Notes under the pieces: model-generated | Database searches by the model: none | Told to the model about the DNA's origin: nothing | The model's input: only the letters and a program-made list of their open reading frames with translations | Shown here: piece by piece, positions 1 to 11,193 of the stretch | Layout: every line of letters starts with the position of its first letter | Position numbering within the stretch: position 1 is the stretch's first letter | Assembly: GCF_001949145.1 (NCBI RefSeq) | Contig: NW_019091355.1 | Coordinates: forward strand, 1,300,083 to 1,326,970 | Source: Acanthaster planci | Lineage: Eukaryota | Direction: 5' to 3' | DNA: 26,888 bases | Translations under genes and position numbers: made by a program

Positions 1-1460
1 CCCCTGCTTTGTGTTAATCGTTGTCTCGCAGGAATCNCAATAGTCTGGAATGTGTATAGGGATTGGACATGTTGGGGGGTACTCCTCGGTCTCATTTCTT
101 GCTGGGTATAGACACTACTATGGAAGCAATTGTTCTGAATGGATTAGCTGTGAGTTTTCTTTGCTCTAGTGTTTTCTCTGACAGACACAGGTACATGTAC
201 AATAAAATGGGAATTCAAAGCATTTGCTTTTTTATTTAGGTTGTTCAAGAACATGCAGATCCACACAGCTCAGGGCTGAAGGAAGGAGAGGACACATCTT
301 ATGTGCTGTCTCCTTTATCATGCAAGAAATGTCAATCTGGCCCACGACCAAAAGCAAAATGTTATTGGATCTAAAATGAAAAACTGCTGCTTGAGAAGAA
401 GACTATGACCGTCCACTAACAAAACGTGTTTGTGCACATTGTACAGTCAATTCTCAATAGAGCTTTATCATGGGGCAGCCATCTTGTTTTCTACCATTGA
501 AAGCAATGTAACCAAACTGAGGCTGGAAGAAAAATGGTCTGTTTCCTTTTTAGAGAAAGTTGCATCACTTTTGCCATTAGGTATACAGGGGGCAAGACAA
601 AATGGTAGCATCATGATTAATGTCTATGGGAATCTGAGTTCAAAGACTACAGTGTAAAACCACACAAAAAGCAGACTTCATAGCACATTGGTAGTGGATG
701 GTCATTCATTAAATCTACTGCAGTCTGTGAAAAAAAAGAAGGTTTGAAGTGAAGAAAGATGGAAGCAGCTTCTACGGCGAGAAACCCGAAGATTAAGAGA
801 GCACCACACCCCACTGCAAACAGGACAGACAGGCCATAAAATGTGAGCCTCAGTAACCATGATGGCTAAATATTTGCTGATTTGCCAAATGAAACCTGAA
901 GTGTCAGCTCACTGAGGGGGCTTTGTAATTTAATTTTCTGTTTTGTGTTGCTCTTTTCTCCTGACCATTGAATTGCCAAAACATACAAAATGCAATCACT
1001 TGCATTGCTTATTGGAAAAAAATTGGAGAGCGAAATAAAAGTATAAATCAGGCCAAAACATGCCAAACTTTGGACATTCGCATGGTTTGAATTGAAGCAA
1101 ATGGTCAGAAACTTGAACATTTTCTTCAGATTCAGACTGTCATAAGGACGTACGGTGCATGCCCATGTACAGTAAACAAGAGCAACAGTAATGAAAAAAA
1201 GACTTTGTCAAAAAATGCAAAATGGTGCACTGTCATCCATAATCTCCAATGACCAAAATCAGTTGGGCATAACTGCTTCTCAGGGCTAAATGAATTCACA
1301 GCTTGAGGTGTCTGGATAAGATCAAGCTAGTACATGTGCCTACATGTACAACTAAAGGAGAAATTCATGACAGTCAGGCTACGGCAAATAATTTATCGCC
1401 ATGGTAACTGAAGACTTCTTACGGCCATCTGAATAGAAGAGTCGAAACTGGTACCGGTAC

Positions 1461-1625
1461 CTGTCCATATCACGGCAACTAGAACTGAAAATGAGCGAAT
1501 GCAGTTCCTCCACTGGCGACTGGCACTGCTCGGCTGGCACTGGGTGGGCGGGGAAGCTCCGTCCCCCTCGTCTACCTAAAGGCAAGGCCAAAGGGGAGGG
1601 CGACAAGCCCCTGGTCACACCGACC
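1461..1625 (-). CDS. CCSER: Probable internal coding exon of the CCSER-like gene (165 nt, phase 2-2)
   Basis: GC-rich open frame VGVTRGLSPSPLALPLGRRGG...CRDMD flanked by polypyrimidine+TAG acceptor (1628-1626) and AG|GTACC donor (1460). Phase matches the phase-2 end of the 4413 exon (AG+G=Arg). Confidence 0.65.
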
Positions 1626-3207
1626 CTACACGTAGGGGGAGAAAGCAGATGCATAAACATGAAGGATGGAAATGAATGGCTGATGACGACTTGTGGAAAA
1701 GAATGAAAAGTGCATGTACTGTACATACACGTACTGACCACCAGAATCAATGTTATCAATCCTTATCCACAAAAACAATACTATAGGTACCCGTACATGT
1801 ACATTACACCGTACATTACAGTCAGTCAAATAATCAATAAAATTGATCATTCCACGTCTGATCCAGCTGTCATCAACGAGCAATGCTGTTATTGTCTGAG
1901 CCACTGTAAAGAATTTTGGTTGTACAATGCAATCACAACATAAACAAAAAATCAGCACTGCCAAAATCATCTACAGTATGTGTGTTCACCGTTTCATGTT
2001 CTCGCTGTTATGTTTGTGCATGAAACTATTGTACACAATTGTGCACACAATACACGTGCATTGCAAAATACTAGTCAATGGCATTGTAAACAGCTATATA
2101 AATAACACTGCAGCTTCCACTTCATTTGTAGATGTAATGATTTAAAAATACACAAGTTTTAAAATGTTAATTCTGTGTAGGTACATGTACATACATGTAC
2201 ATGAACCTTTATAAATTCTACATTTCTTGCTAACCTACACGTACATGTACACGTACCCACTGCCAACTGGGCTGCGTTCTATGCATTTTCCTTCCTCATG
2301 AAACATCAAAGTCAATTATCCATATCTGTGCTCAGAGATTGGAAATGAATGCAAACTCATTTCAATAATTTCCCTTCCCATACAGCCACACTGAACACAT
2401 GTAATGTACATGTGCGTGAATGTATAGGGCTGACTCAATTCCAATCATTCACAATTCGACCTTCAATTTGATTGAATATCTGAAATTCGTTCCTACCTAC
2501 CAGCAGATTGTTAAACAAACCATGTATACAAAATCAGTTGCAATAACACTCACAACATGTACATGTAGGAGTATCTCCAGCCGCAATTTATCCCGTGATG
2601 AACAATACATGTACTTCTTGCCCTGCTGAAAATTTATATTCCTTTTAAATTGTGTAATGAATAATTTACTTTTTAAATCGTAAGACTTCTGTCGCTTTTC
2701 CTTTGAATCTGCTTGAAACTAGCCACCATGGTGCAATTTTTCTAATTCAAAACAAAAGAATATTTTCCCTTCCTTTTCATGAATTTTGCATTCAAATATT
2801 AAAATCTGATACTATTCAAGTATTCGATAATCGACTGAATATTCAGTTATTTGGATATTCAGCACAGCCCTATGAATGTGTAAAGTGGCACCAGTATGGT
2901 GAATTGGCAACCCAGCGGTATGCTTGATACTGGTGTGCAATATACCGGAGTACACATGCATACTGTACATGGAAAATGCCGATACCATGTACGAAAGGAC
3001 AGCATAGTGAGTGCTGTACGGACGGACACTGCTCTTGGGAACAATGTTGTAATTTGATGTACATGTACAATGCACATTATTGTACAGTATTTCATACAGG
3101 TGAATACCATGGTTAACACAGCCAGAGATTGTGACAATCGGCAACTCTTACACATGTTAGAGCCATGGATCATCTTCCATATGTAGATGTACATGTACAT
3201 GTACAGG

Positions 3208-3299
3208 CACAGGTGATTTTTTCATTTCCTACACATGTACATGTTTGTACATATACAGGTACACATGAACAATCACAGGTGATTTTTTCATTTCCTACA
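3208..3299. repeat. Direct duplication of 26 bp, 66-bp spacing
   Basis: CACAGGTGATTTTTTCATTTCCTACA at 3208-3233 and 3274-3299. Confidence 0.85.
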
Positions 3300-4412
3300 T
3301 ATGTATGTACTTTGAAATGAGATGAACATATGAACATATGAACATACATGTATGTACTGGTATGTAATCTATCATTCTGCAGATTTTAACACCAATCATT
3401 TGTGCTGCCAAAGCTACAGTACATGTACCGGCACATGTAAAAACAAACTAAAAAACACAACAAAATGAAACAAAAACTACACATAATGCCAAAACCTTGA
3501 CTCTTTGTCTATGAATAAATACAGGAACATGCAGGTTATACCATATTTGATCTGTGAACCCAATTGGTGTGACCACAGAGTAGGTGACATGTACATATAA
3601 GCTACACGTACATAAGCTATCCATGATCCTTACTCCATGATTGTGTTATAAAGCAAACAGTAACACAGTTGTCAAGTTGCTTATCTCGGAGAGCAAACAA
3701 GAATCTGTCTAGAATGACACCACTGTCATTTGCACAGTTGTGTAAACATTGAGATTTTAAAAATGTAAATTACCCTCACCTGTATGCACAACTTCATTAA
3801 AAACTGTACCCCTACACGTACATGTACCTACATGTATAGTAATTTCCTTGTTTAAACACATGTTGTATGCAACAATACATAATGTACAGTACATAATGTA
3901 CTTGTCCTGTGTGTGGCTGTAGGCATGTGTATAATCCGATTATGTTCTTGTAAGTTGTATTGCTTGCTCGGTGTTTTGTACACAAACTGTACTGTGACGT
4001 TTTGCACAACTGCTCAATCTGGGCAACTATTCTCCATGTTCTCGCTCAATCTTGCTGTATACATGTACTGGGGGTACATGTCCATGTACATGTAATGTGG
4101 ATAATTTCAACTTGAAACAGTTTGCCTTTTCTTTTTATTTTACAATATGTGGAAGACTGTGATCGTACTGATCAACCATTCACACCCAACCAGCATAAAT
4201 GTATATACACTGTATGTTGATGGGTGTGTACTATGACAAGACAGATCAGACCACTTACTCATCTAATGAAATTACTGGGTGTCTAATCCCTAATTATTTG
4301 TAACAACAAACTTTCTGTTGCAGTGGAACGGCTGTTGAGGTGCCTGGGTTAAGCTCTGGAGATTTACATTAGATTACGCAGAATTGGCAGCATTTCCTGT
4401 CAAGTCACCTAC

Positions 4413-6112
4413 CTTTTCTCTAGGCTGTAGTTTGTTGCTAGCAGCTGCGCCTGATCTACGCTGACTGCCCTACCCCGGCTCGACACAACGCCGACGTGCT
4501 GGGTTCTATGCATGGCTGCAGCTTCTTCAACACTCAGGCTTCTGCTCAGCAGACAAGACGAGTCGTCCCTGCTGTCGAACATGTCATCGTCTAGGTACCG
4601 GCTGTCGCACATGAGGTCTTCCGAACAGAGTGAGTCCAGCTCGCACGAGTCTAGTGACTCCGAGCAGTGCTTGATGGCACTGATGTGCGGCTTGCGGAGC
4701 TGGTAAGCCAGCTCCAAGGGGCGGGTTGGCGTGGAGTAGGCGTCTGTGCTTGACTGCATCGACCCCATTGCACCCACAGTGAGCCGATGCCTGGGAGACA
4801 AAAAGGGGTCCGGCCGTGAGCTCTTGATGCAGGAGTGGGGGACAGTTGTCTCTGCTGGGACAGTACGAGCAGGGTTGGCACTAGGGCGGACTGCGTCTTG
4901 CACGGGTGGCATGACCTCATCAAGTGGCTGCGACGGGACCTGTGACTGGCCCTGTGACTGGCCAGACACGTCACGCCAGTTTCTCTCCACTGTCCCGCTT
5001 CTGGGAGGCTCAGCTGCGGGGCAGGAAATTGGTTTTTCCTTCAGGCTCAACTGCAGGGCTTCATTCGGTAATTCCCTACTGACAGTTGGCTCAGAGCTCT
5101 GACTTGTAATTCTGCTGTCTTCAGCGGGCTCAAGCTTGAAGGTTCTGTTCACAATGCACGTTGGGGATTCTTCAATCGGAAATGTCCTGTTGATGATATC
5201 GGGGCTCAAATTCCCAGTTCCGTTATCTTTTGTGAAAGTACTGTTCAACTGCAACTGCTTGCCTGAGATGTCTTGATGCGTTCCCGTATTTGTGGTGTCA
5301 TGAAGTGGGGAGGTGGATCTGGACATGCTAATGCTGCTTGAGTTCAAGCCTTCTGATTGGCTGCTGCTGGCTTGCCGCTTGATCCCTCGCGGCTCATCGC
5401 TGAAGACACTCCGGTAAGGCATGGGCTGCCCATAGACTTTGGCACTACTGTTTGACATATTTGAGCTGACGGAGCTGCGATCGCTCTCCGGGGTCCGAAC
5501 ACTGCTTGTTGACTCCCTGTCTGGTGGTGAACCATGAGGTAAATTTAATTCCAAATTGTGATCTCTGACACTTGACCCTGTGGTACCATGCCTGACATTT
5601 GCATTTAGTTCATCTCCGTTACTCCTTCCATTCGCAACGTCCGTCTTCTTGCCATTTGTGTTCCCATTTTCAAAAGAGGTGATTTTCTGCCAGGTGAAGC
5701 CAAACCCGAAACGTGAACTTGACTTTGCAGCTGAAACCCCATCCTGATGAACCGACTTACTGTTGCCATGGTGACCCAGCGTGGCCGCCTTTCCTGTTTT
5801 GTCCTTTCTACCATTAAACCTGTTCTCCTCCTCTTTCATATCGCTCAACCGCTTCTCGTAGCTGGCAACAATGGACGACGTCTTTGATCTCCGTTTCACA
5901 TCATCCTCTTTGCGATTTTTCCCCTGGCTCGGTGGTCGTACTTTCACGATGCCGTTCAGATCTTCTTCAGCGCTTTTCAAGTGCACATCAAGCTCCGACT
6001 CTGGTGGTGGAGGGACTTTCTTCTTACGAAAAGACGGCAAACGAGAGATGAATGATCGTTTAGATTTTGACGAACCCCCTTTAGTCAGGGGCCCGTCTGC
6101 TGAGGCAGACAT
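4413..6112 (-). CDS. CCSER: Serine-rich coiled-coil domain-containing protein (CCSER1/CCSER2-like), large first coding exon; gene 3'-incomplete
   Basis: 566-codon Ser-rich disordered ORF. N-terminal RSFISRLPSFRKK and internal SLDSCELDSLCSEDLMCD resemble, from memory, the CCSER1 motifs RSTLVSRLPIFRR and SLGSCELDEDDLMLD. Donor AG|GTAGGT at 4412; acceptor ttttacag ending 6237, so the exon is 4413-6236 including 5'UTR. Confidence 0.8.
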
Positions 6113-6168
6113 GTCTGCCGGGTACTTTTACCGCGATTCTCTTTTGTTCTCACAGTCTGAAAGTAAAA

Positions 6169-6204
6169 TCACCTCCGATGGAAATATCTAAGTTCGTCTG
6201 CCAT
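6169..6204 (-). promoter_or_regulatory. uORF MADELRYFHRR* in the CCSER-like 5'UTR (plus start-stop ATGTGA at 6229-6224)
   Basis: AAGATGG strong Kozak context; 11 codons then TGA; lies inside the exon between the acceptor at 6237 and the main ATG at 6112. Confidence 0.55.
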
Positions 6205-6616
6205 CTTCAGATAAAGTTCCTCCTCACATGAATGATCTGTAAAATAGGCAAATATTATTTTAGTTAGAAATAAAATATTATCTTCAGATATCTACATGTC
6301 ACTGTGTTACTACTTACGGTGAAACCAATCTAACTTGACAATAAGTAATACATGTAAGTTGTGAAATTAAGGACCTAGCGACTATATAGACATGGATGTT
6401 TGCAGCATAACAGAGACTGGTTCCTTCAAATGAAAGTAGGCAAGAGTTCCATATACATGATATATGGACGTCAGTAATTATTCCCTACAGTGATCTTTTA
6501 GCCGTCAGAAAGCAAACACATGTCCATAAAAGTTCAATTTAGGAGGGAAACAACTATGTCACTTACATATACTAAGAAAACAAGTTTTCAGACCAGTCTC
6601 ATAGGGTTTGTGCAGA

Positions 6617-6910
6617 GGGTGTCAAGTGGCATCCGTGTATGAAACTCTTTCCTGAAAGTGCACTGGCACTGTTATAAAGGATGAAATCTGACATTTTCCT
6701 GTTCACAGGTTTACGAATTTGCATTAGGTGATTACATGACACATGTACGTTTGAAGAAGGTCACGATGGTATGCTCCCAATTAATTCCAGCTAAGACAAG
6801 ACTACTGATGCCATCACATGATCAGGTGATGTTGGCCTACGTGTAGCCTGTTGGTCTATTGACAATTTTGTATTTTAAAGAGTGGACATCAGTCACACCA
6901 CTTGACACCC
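6617..6910. mobile_element. Possible degenerate MITE with 13-bp terminal inverted repeats
   Basis: GGGTGTCAAGTGG (6617-6629) and its exact reverse complement CCACTTGACACCC (6898-6910); no clear TSD. Confidence 0.4.
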
Positions 6911-7651
6911 AATGTCATGTATTTCATGACTGAGCTTTGATATTTTCCCTGCTAAATTTGACTCCTGTCTGGAAGCTGAAATACCACTGTCATGAGTGAT
7001 GTCCATGTACATGTAAGATGGAACTCTTTGCCAACTAGAATTTAACTAAAATGGAAATGCGTACGCCAAACCCTTTTTCCTCTCTTCAATGGTTCAATCA
7101 TGGAGCATGGAGGTGGGCCTAGCTCTATGATGTACACGCACACGCAATGATCTCGTCTTGTCGTGCATGATTAAATTGGTTGCTGTCATGCCACGAACAC
7201 GTCATCCGACCACCATATTTGACACCAAATTACACGTTTTTGGTGGCACAGTAACCATTAAAGTAATCACAGAAATGTAGGAAAATGCCGAGACAAAGAT
7301 TAAATTCAGAAAAAAAGTCTGAAATTACTACTTACACTTGACAAATGGCAGAATAATCAAGAAATCCCCAGACGTTCGCGTAACATAAAAAATAATGTAT
7401 TTATAATGAGTGCATGCCTGAATTTCTAAACGTGTAGTTCAAGGCTTCCACATAAACCTAAACACTTAACGAAAAGTGACATAATAGAATGGCAGAAAAC
7501 TACATACAAGCAAATTCCAATTAGAACGATGTAATGAAATTAAATTCTAGAGAATTTTGAGAAAGTTACGATAGCCGAGTTCAACTCCAAATACATGTTG
7601 CAAATCTCAGCGGAACAGACGTTCAGTACAACACCTGCATGACGTACGGTA

Positions 7652-7790
7652 TAGTCTTGGGATCAAGACGTTAGTGCTTGATAGCGGACACCGTACATAG
7701 TGCGCCCCCAACGACTCACAATTAGATTGTGCGCCAGTAAGTAAAATCTAGGTGTGCGCTATCGATCACAGACGTCTTGGGCCAAGACTA
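7652..7790. mobile_element. TA-bounded MITE with about 40-bp imperfect TIRs
   Basis: TAGTCTTGGGATCAAGACGTTAGTGCTTGATAGCGGACACC ... GGTGTGCGCTATCGATCACAGACGTCTTGGGCCAAGACTA; the arms are imperfect reverse complements with TA at both ends. Confidence 0.75.
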
Positions 7791-7799
7791 TGTATCGTA

Positions 7800-7930
7800 C
7801 AGTATAGTAGTACGGTAGCACGGTGCGGGTGTGGGAATCGTTAGTGGGCGGAGCTACATTAATTACGTCTCCGGTGGCCGCGCCGCTGCTCGACAACACG
7901 CCGGGTAGGGGCGCCAGGCTCCAGGCCTGC
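7800..7930. promoter_or_regulatory. GC/CpG-rich candidate promoter of the CCSER-like gene with GC box
   Basis: Local CpG-rich patch in otherwise CpG-poor DNA, upstream of the CCSER first coding exon; TGGGCGGAGC (Sp/KLF-type box) at 7845-7854. Confidence 0.5.
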
Positions 7931-8353
7931 CTGAGTGCTCCATTAAAAACAGTGTAAAATTAACACAGTTTGGAGCCCAATTGCAGGCAACCAAAGTCCC
8001 TGAGGCCTCAAAAGAAGAAAAAGAAAACAAAGTGTGTTGTTTGGTCCTTCAGATTTCATTTGATTTTCAAATTTTAGTAAGTTAATCAAAGTTGATTTTT
8101 TATTATCTGGCTAAAACAAACTCACCCCCAAGTGAACGTTCCCACATCTTCTCAACAGCCATTTTCAGTTGACATCCCTCAACTTTTTCAGGCTCTTCTG
8201 ACAATTTTCCAATAGCATTTTTGTCTGCTTTACCCCCAGATGGGAGCCCCTGAATCTATAGAGATGATCTGGCCCATACTTATACACAATCCCACAATTT
8301 CTTGACGAGTGGAATTATAAGACTTGAAGGTTTTCATGGTGAACTTGACAGAA

Positions 8354-8516
8354 ACTAGATGAGTAAAATGATTGCGGTTGCACCATCTATCAATCTCTTT
8401 CTTGGTATGTGTGGTTCTTAGAAGAACCAAGTTATTTCCCGGTTCTTCTCAGAAACACACATACTCAAGAAAGAGACTGATACATGGTGCAACCGCAATC
8501 ATTTTACTCATCGAGT
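8354..8516. repeat. Long inverted repeat / foldback MITE (about 75-bp arms, 12-nt loop)
   Basis: Arm 8354-8428 is the reverse complement of 8441-8516 with about 5 mismatches and one indel. Confidence 0.85.
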
Positions 8517-9693
8517 GGAATTATGACAAGTTGAATCAATCTTAACTCTAGTCCTGAACAATGACATTCCTGACCGCAATTTCCGAGGACAGACAGAGGG
8601 AGAGACCATAGATAAAGTGTTCTAGTAGAGAATTTCGGAGACCTTATCACTTTTAATAAAAAAATTCAAGGAATAGAAACAAAGAAATTATTCTCAGATT
8701 AGATTTCACAGTATTCGATTCAAATGCTGAAAATATGAGACCTTCAGATCTACTGTAGATCTTTCCACGACCACATCCGAATTTCAACAAATCCAAATCA
8801 GTCTTGAGTTGCACCTTTCATTCACTTGTCCACGGTAAATTGAGCTCAAGTCCTGGGCTCCGTGAAGACAATAAGCATTAGTGCACGGTCTTGGAATCAT
8901 GTACAATGCTGCAAGATATTGCTGGATTAGGAAGTGAAACCTGCCTCCACGTAACAGAATTTGGACATCAAGCAACCCGGCTTCTTCAAGAAACTATATG
9001 ACCACAAGGAAAACTTAGCAAGACATTTTAAATCACACGCAAAACTGTTATTTTTTTCATGCAGTAACATCCAGAGTGTTCCTTCTACCATGGTTTAATT
9101 ACACATACCGGTACTGTTATTTGTCCAAGATAACACTGCATATCTTTATTAATAGTATCATTCCCTTGAATCAGCTACAAATTGGTTCAGGTTCGGCAAA
9201 TGCACTTAAATTGAAACTTCATTAAGAATTACCCACGTACATGTACATATATGTAACAAAATAAATTCAGTAAACCTCTGTCACATTTAACAACAGATTT
9301 TGACAGTCACATCCAGATATAAGTATCAGACATCTAAACTACATGTATAATAGATTATTTCGACCACAAATCGGCCATACAGGAAGATATTTAAGAACAG
9401 AGTAAAATATTTTAAATATTTTGCTCAGGTTAACTATTTACCATTATACCAGTTGAAAATTAACTTTTTATCAAAACTGCAAAACCTGCTATCATCACCA
9501 CAACTGCTAATAAATGTCACCCCTTTGATACTTTCCAGTTTTAACATAGCAACTGACTTCTTTTCATAGAATTAAAAATACAAATAATCCCAATTTTGCA
9601 TATGCAAACTCCTTAGAAAATAATTTCAGTCACAGTTCTTTTACAAATATTTCAACTTTTTCTGTAAACCCTGGTTTTAGGGATGATTTCACT

Positions 9694-9699
9694 TTTATT
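9694..9699 (-). promoter_or_regulatory. Candidate polyadenylation signal for MAN2B1 (second candidate 9145-9150)
   Basis: AATAAA on the minus strand downstream of the stop at 10306. Confidence 0.35.
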
Positions 9700-10305
9700 G
9701 AAACTTTGATCGAAGTGTTGGAATTAAATATGGGCTAAATGCTGGAAGATCATCATCAGCTCGTCCATAATTACAGGATAACCTAGCACAACCTTAGAAA
9801 AACATACAGCCACCTTGGACCCTAGGCAACTCCCTATCTGTTTGCTCTAATTGCATGTAAGCCTCTATATGGTGTTGTACATGAGTCTCAGAGGGAAAAT
9901 GGCGTCAGCTGTGGGATAGATGTTGTTGCAACACCTAACAACATGCTTAAACATGAGCACATGTCCATTTTGAACACTTACACTATGCTACGCTATATAA
10001 CTATATGATGCAATATTGCTGGAGGTAGTTTTGTTAAAGATCAAACGGATTTTAAGCTACTATAAATTTCAAGATGTGCATTTTTGAATTAGATTTCTGT
10101 AATAAGTAAAACATCCCTACCTGTGAAATGTTATAAAACAAATATTGCTTGTTTGTGGCATAGTAAAACTACATTAGTCTCCTAAAGTCAAGGCAGAAGT
10201 AAGGAAAGTTGATTATTCTGTATCAATGCAAGGAGATTAGTTTACTCTACCACTTGTAGCAGTCAATACTTGCAGGACCTTGAAAAACTACTCGGGCTAA
10301 AACTA

Positions 10306-10406
10306 TTATTCATTGGTCCTTTTTACGGTAGCAATGAAGGTCCGTATCTCCATGGGATCGAGGGACACACTCAGTGTCGAAGGGGGCACTGGTACAGGCT
10401 TGATGG
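10306..10406 (-). CDS. MAN2B1: Lysosomal alpha-mannosidase exon 24 (last)
   Basis: ttttcag acceptor; IKPVPVPPSTLSVSLDPMEIRTFIATVKRTNE* contains the GH38 C-terminal PMEIRTF motif; TAA followed by TAG. Confidence 0.93.
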
Positions 10407-10739
10407 CTGAAAAGATAAAAAGAAGTCACTCCATGAGCTGTCGGTTAGTCATTGGCAACAGACTTCAGGAAATGCAGTTTTAAAGGTATTTTGTCAGCCT
10501 ACAATAAGCAATGCTGCATGGCCCATTGCTGACTGAAAAATCAAATTAGAAGCAGTGATTTTGTTTTTGATGAATCATACACTTCTGAATGTGTTTACCC
10601 AACAGTTCCTAATGCACCACTCACAAAAGTGTTATTTTTAATTTCAAACCCTGACTGCATCCATGATCTCTCTTTAATACAAAGTTGCTCAACAACCAAC
10701 TGTATGAGTTCTGTCGGTACGTGCTGATTAAAAATTTAC

Positions 10740-10863
10740 GTGGGGGTGTTGGGTATGGACTGTCCGTTATATTCCACTGTAGGCGTTTCTCGTCAGCCAG
10801 AGCCTCATTTGCTGCCAGTGTCATCTCTTTCAGACTGGTGATGCCGAATGGCTCAAACAAACC
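10740..10863 (-). CDS. MAN2B1: MAN2B1 exon 23
   Basis: GLFEPFGITSLKEMTLAANEALADEKRLQWNITDSPYPTPP; CAG acceptor, GTAAAT donor, phase consistent with exon 24. Confidence 0.9.
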
Positions 10864-11015
10864 CTGCAGGGACGGACACAAGCACGACTCTGTGATATCC
10901 TAAAGTGAATTGGTGCGGGCATTATGTCGTCACACGATACTGACAGCCACAGATATTTAACATCAATATAATCTATTGTTTGAATCAGGTAAAAATGTGA
11001 AACAAAGCTACCTAC

Positions 11016-11165
11016 CTTCAGTTCAAATTTCACTTTTTGGGACAGCACTGGATCTTCAGCCACAGCAAATTGGTTTTCTGCTCGGATCAAGATAGAGCTG
11101 TCCGTCCAACGTTCCAAGGTGAGTAGATGGATGTTAGAGGGAAGAGCCCGTGACACCATAGATTC
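11016..11165 (-). CDS. MAN2B1: MAN2B1 exon 22
   Basis: ESMVSRALPSNIHLLTLERW...KFELK; CAG acceptor, AAG|GTAGGT donor. Confidence 0.9.
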
Positions 11166-11193
11166 CTGGTAATCAATAATGGGAAAGGCTTCA

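Noticed and set aside
1..177. Possible further CCSER exon after a minus-strand CAG near 178
   Set aside because: All three frames hit stops within about 30 codons; no support.
1626..4095. Short Cys/Thr/Met/Tyr/Val/His-rich ORFs
   Set aside because: Composition simply reflects TACATG repeats in intronic DNA.
4512..6191. Plus-strand and alternate-frame ORFs overlapping the CCSER exon
   Set aside because: Shadow ORFs of a GC-richer coding exon with no protein-like features.
7330..7336. GTAAGT donor of a non-coding CCSER exon 1
   Set aside because: Plausible, but equivalent GTAAGT sites occur near 6317 and 6566; cannot choose without transcripts.
8746..8762. Palindrome AGATCTAC-T-GTAGATCT
   Set aside because: Too short to interpret and has no context.
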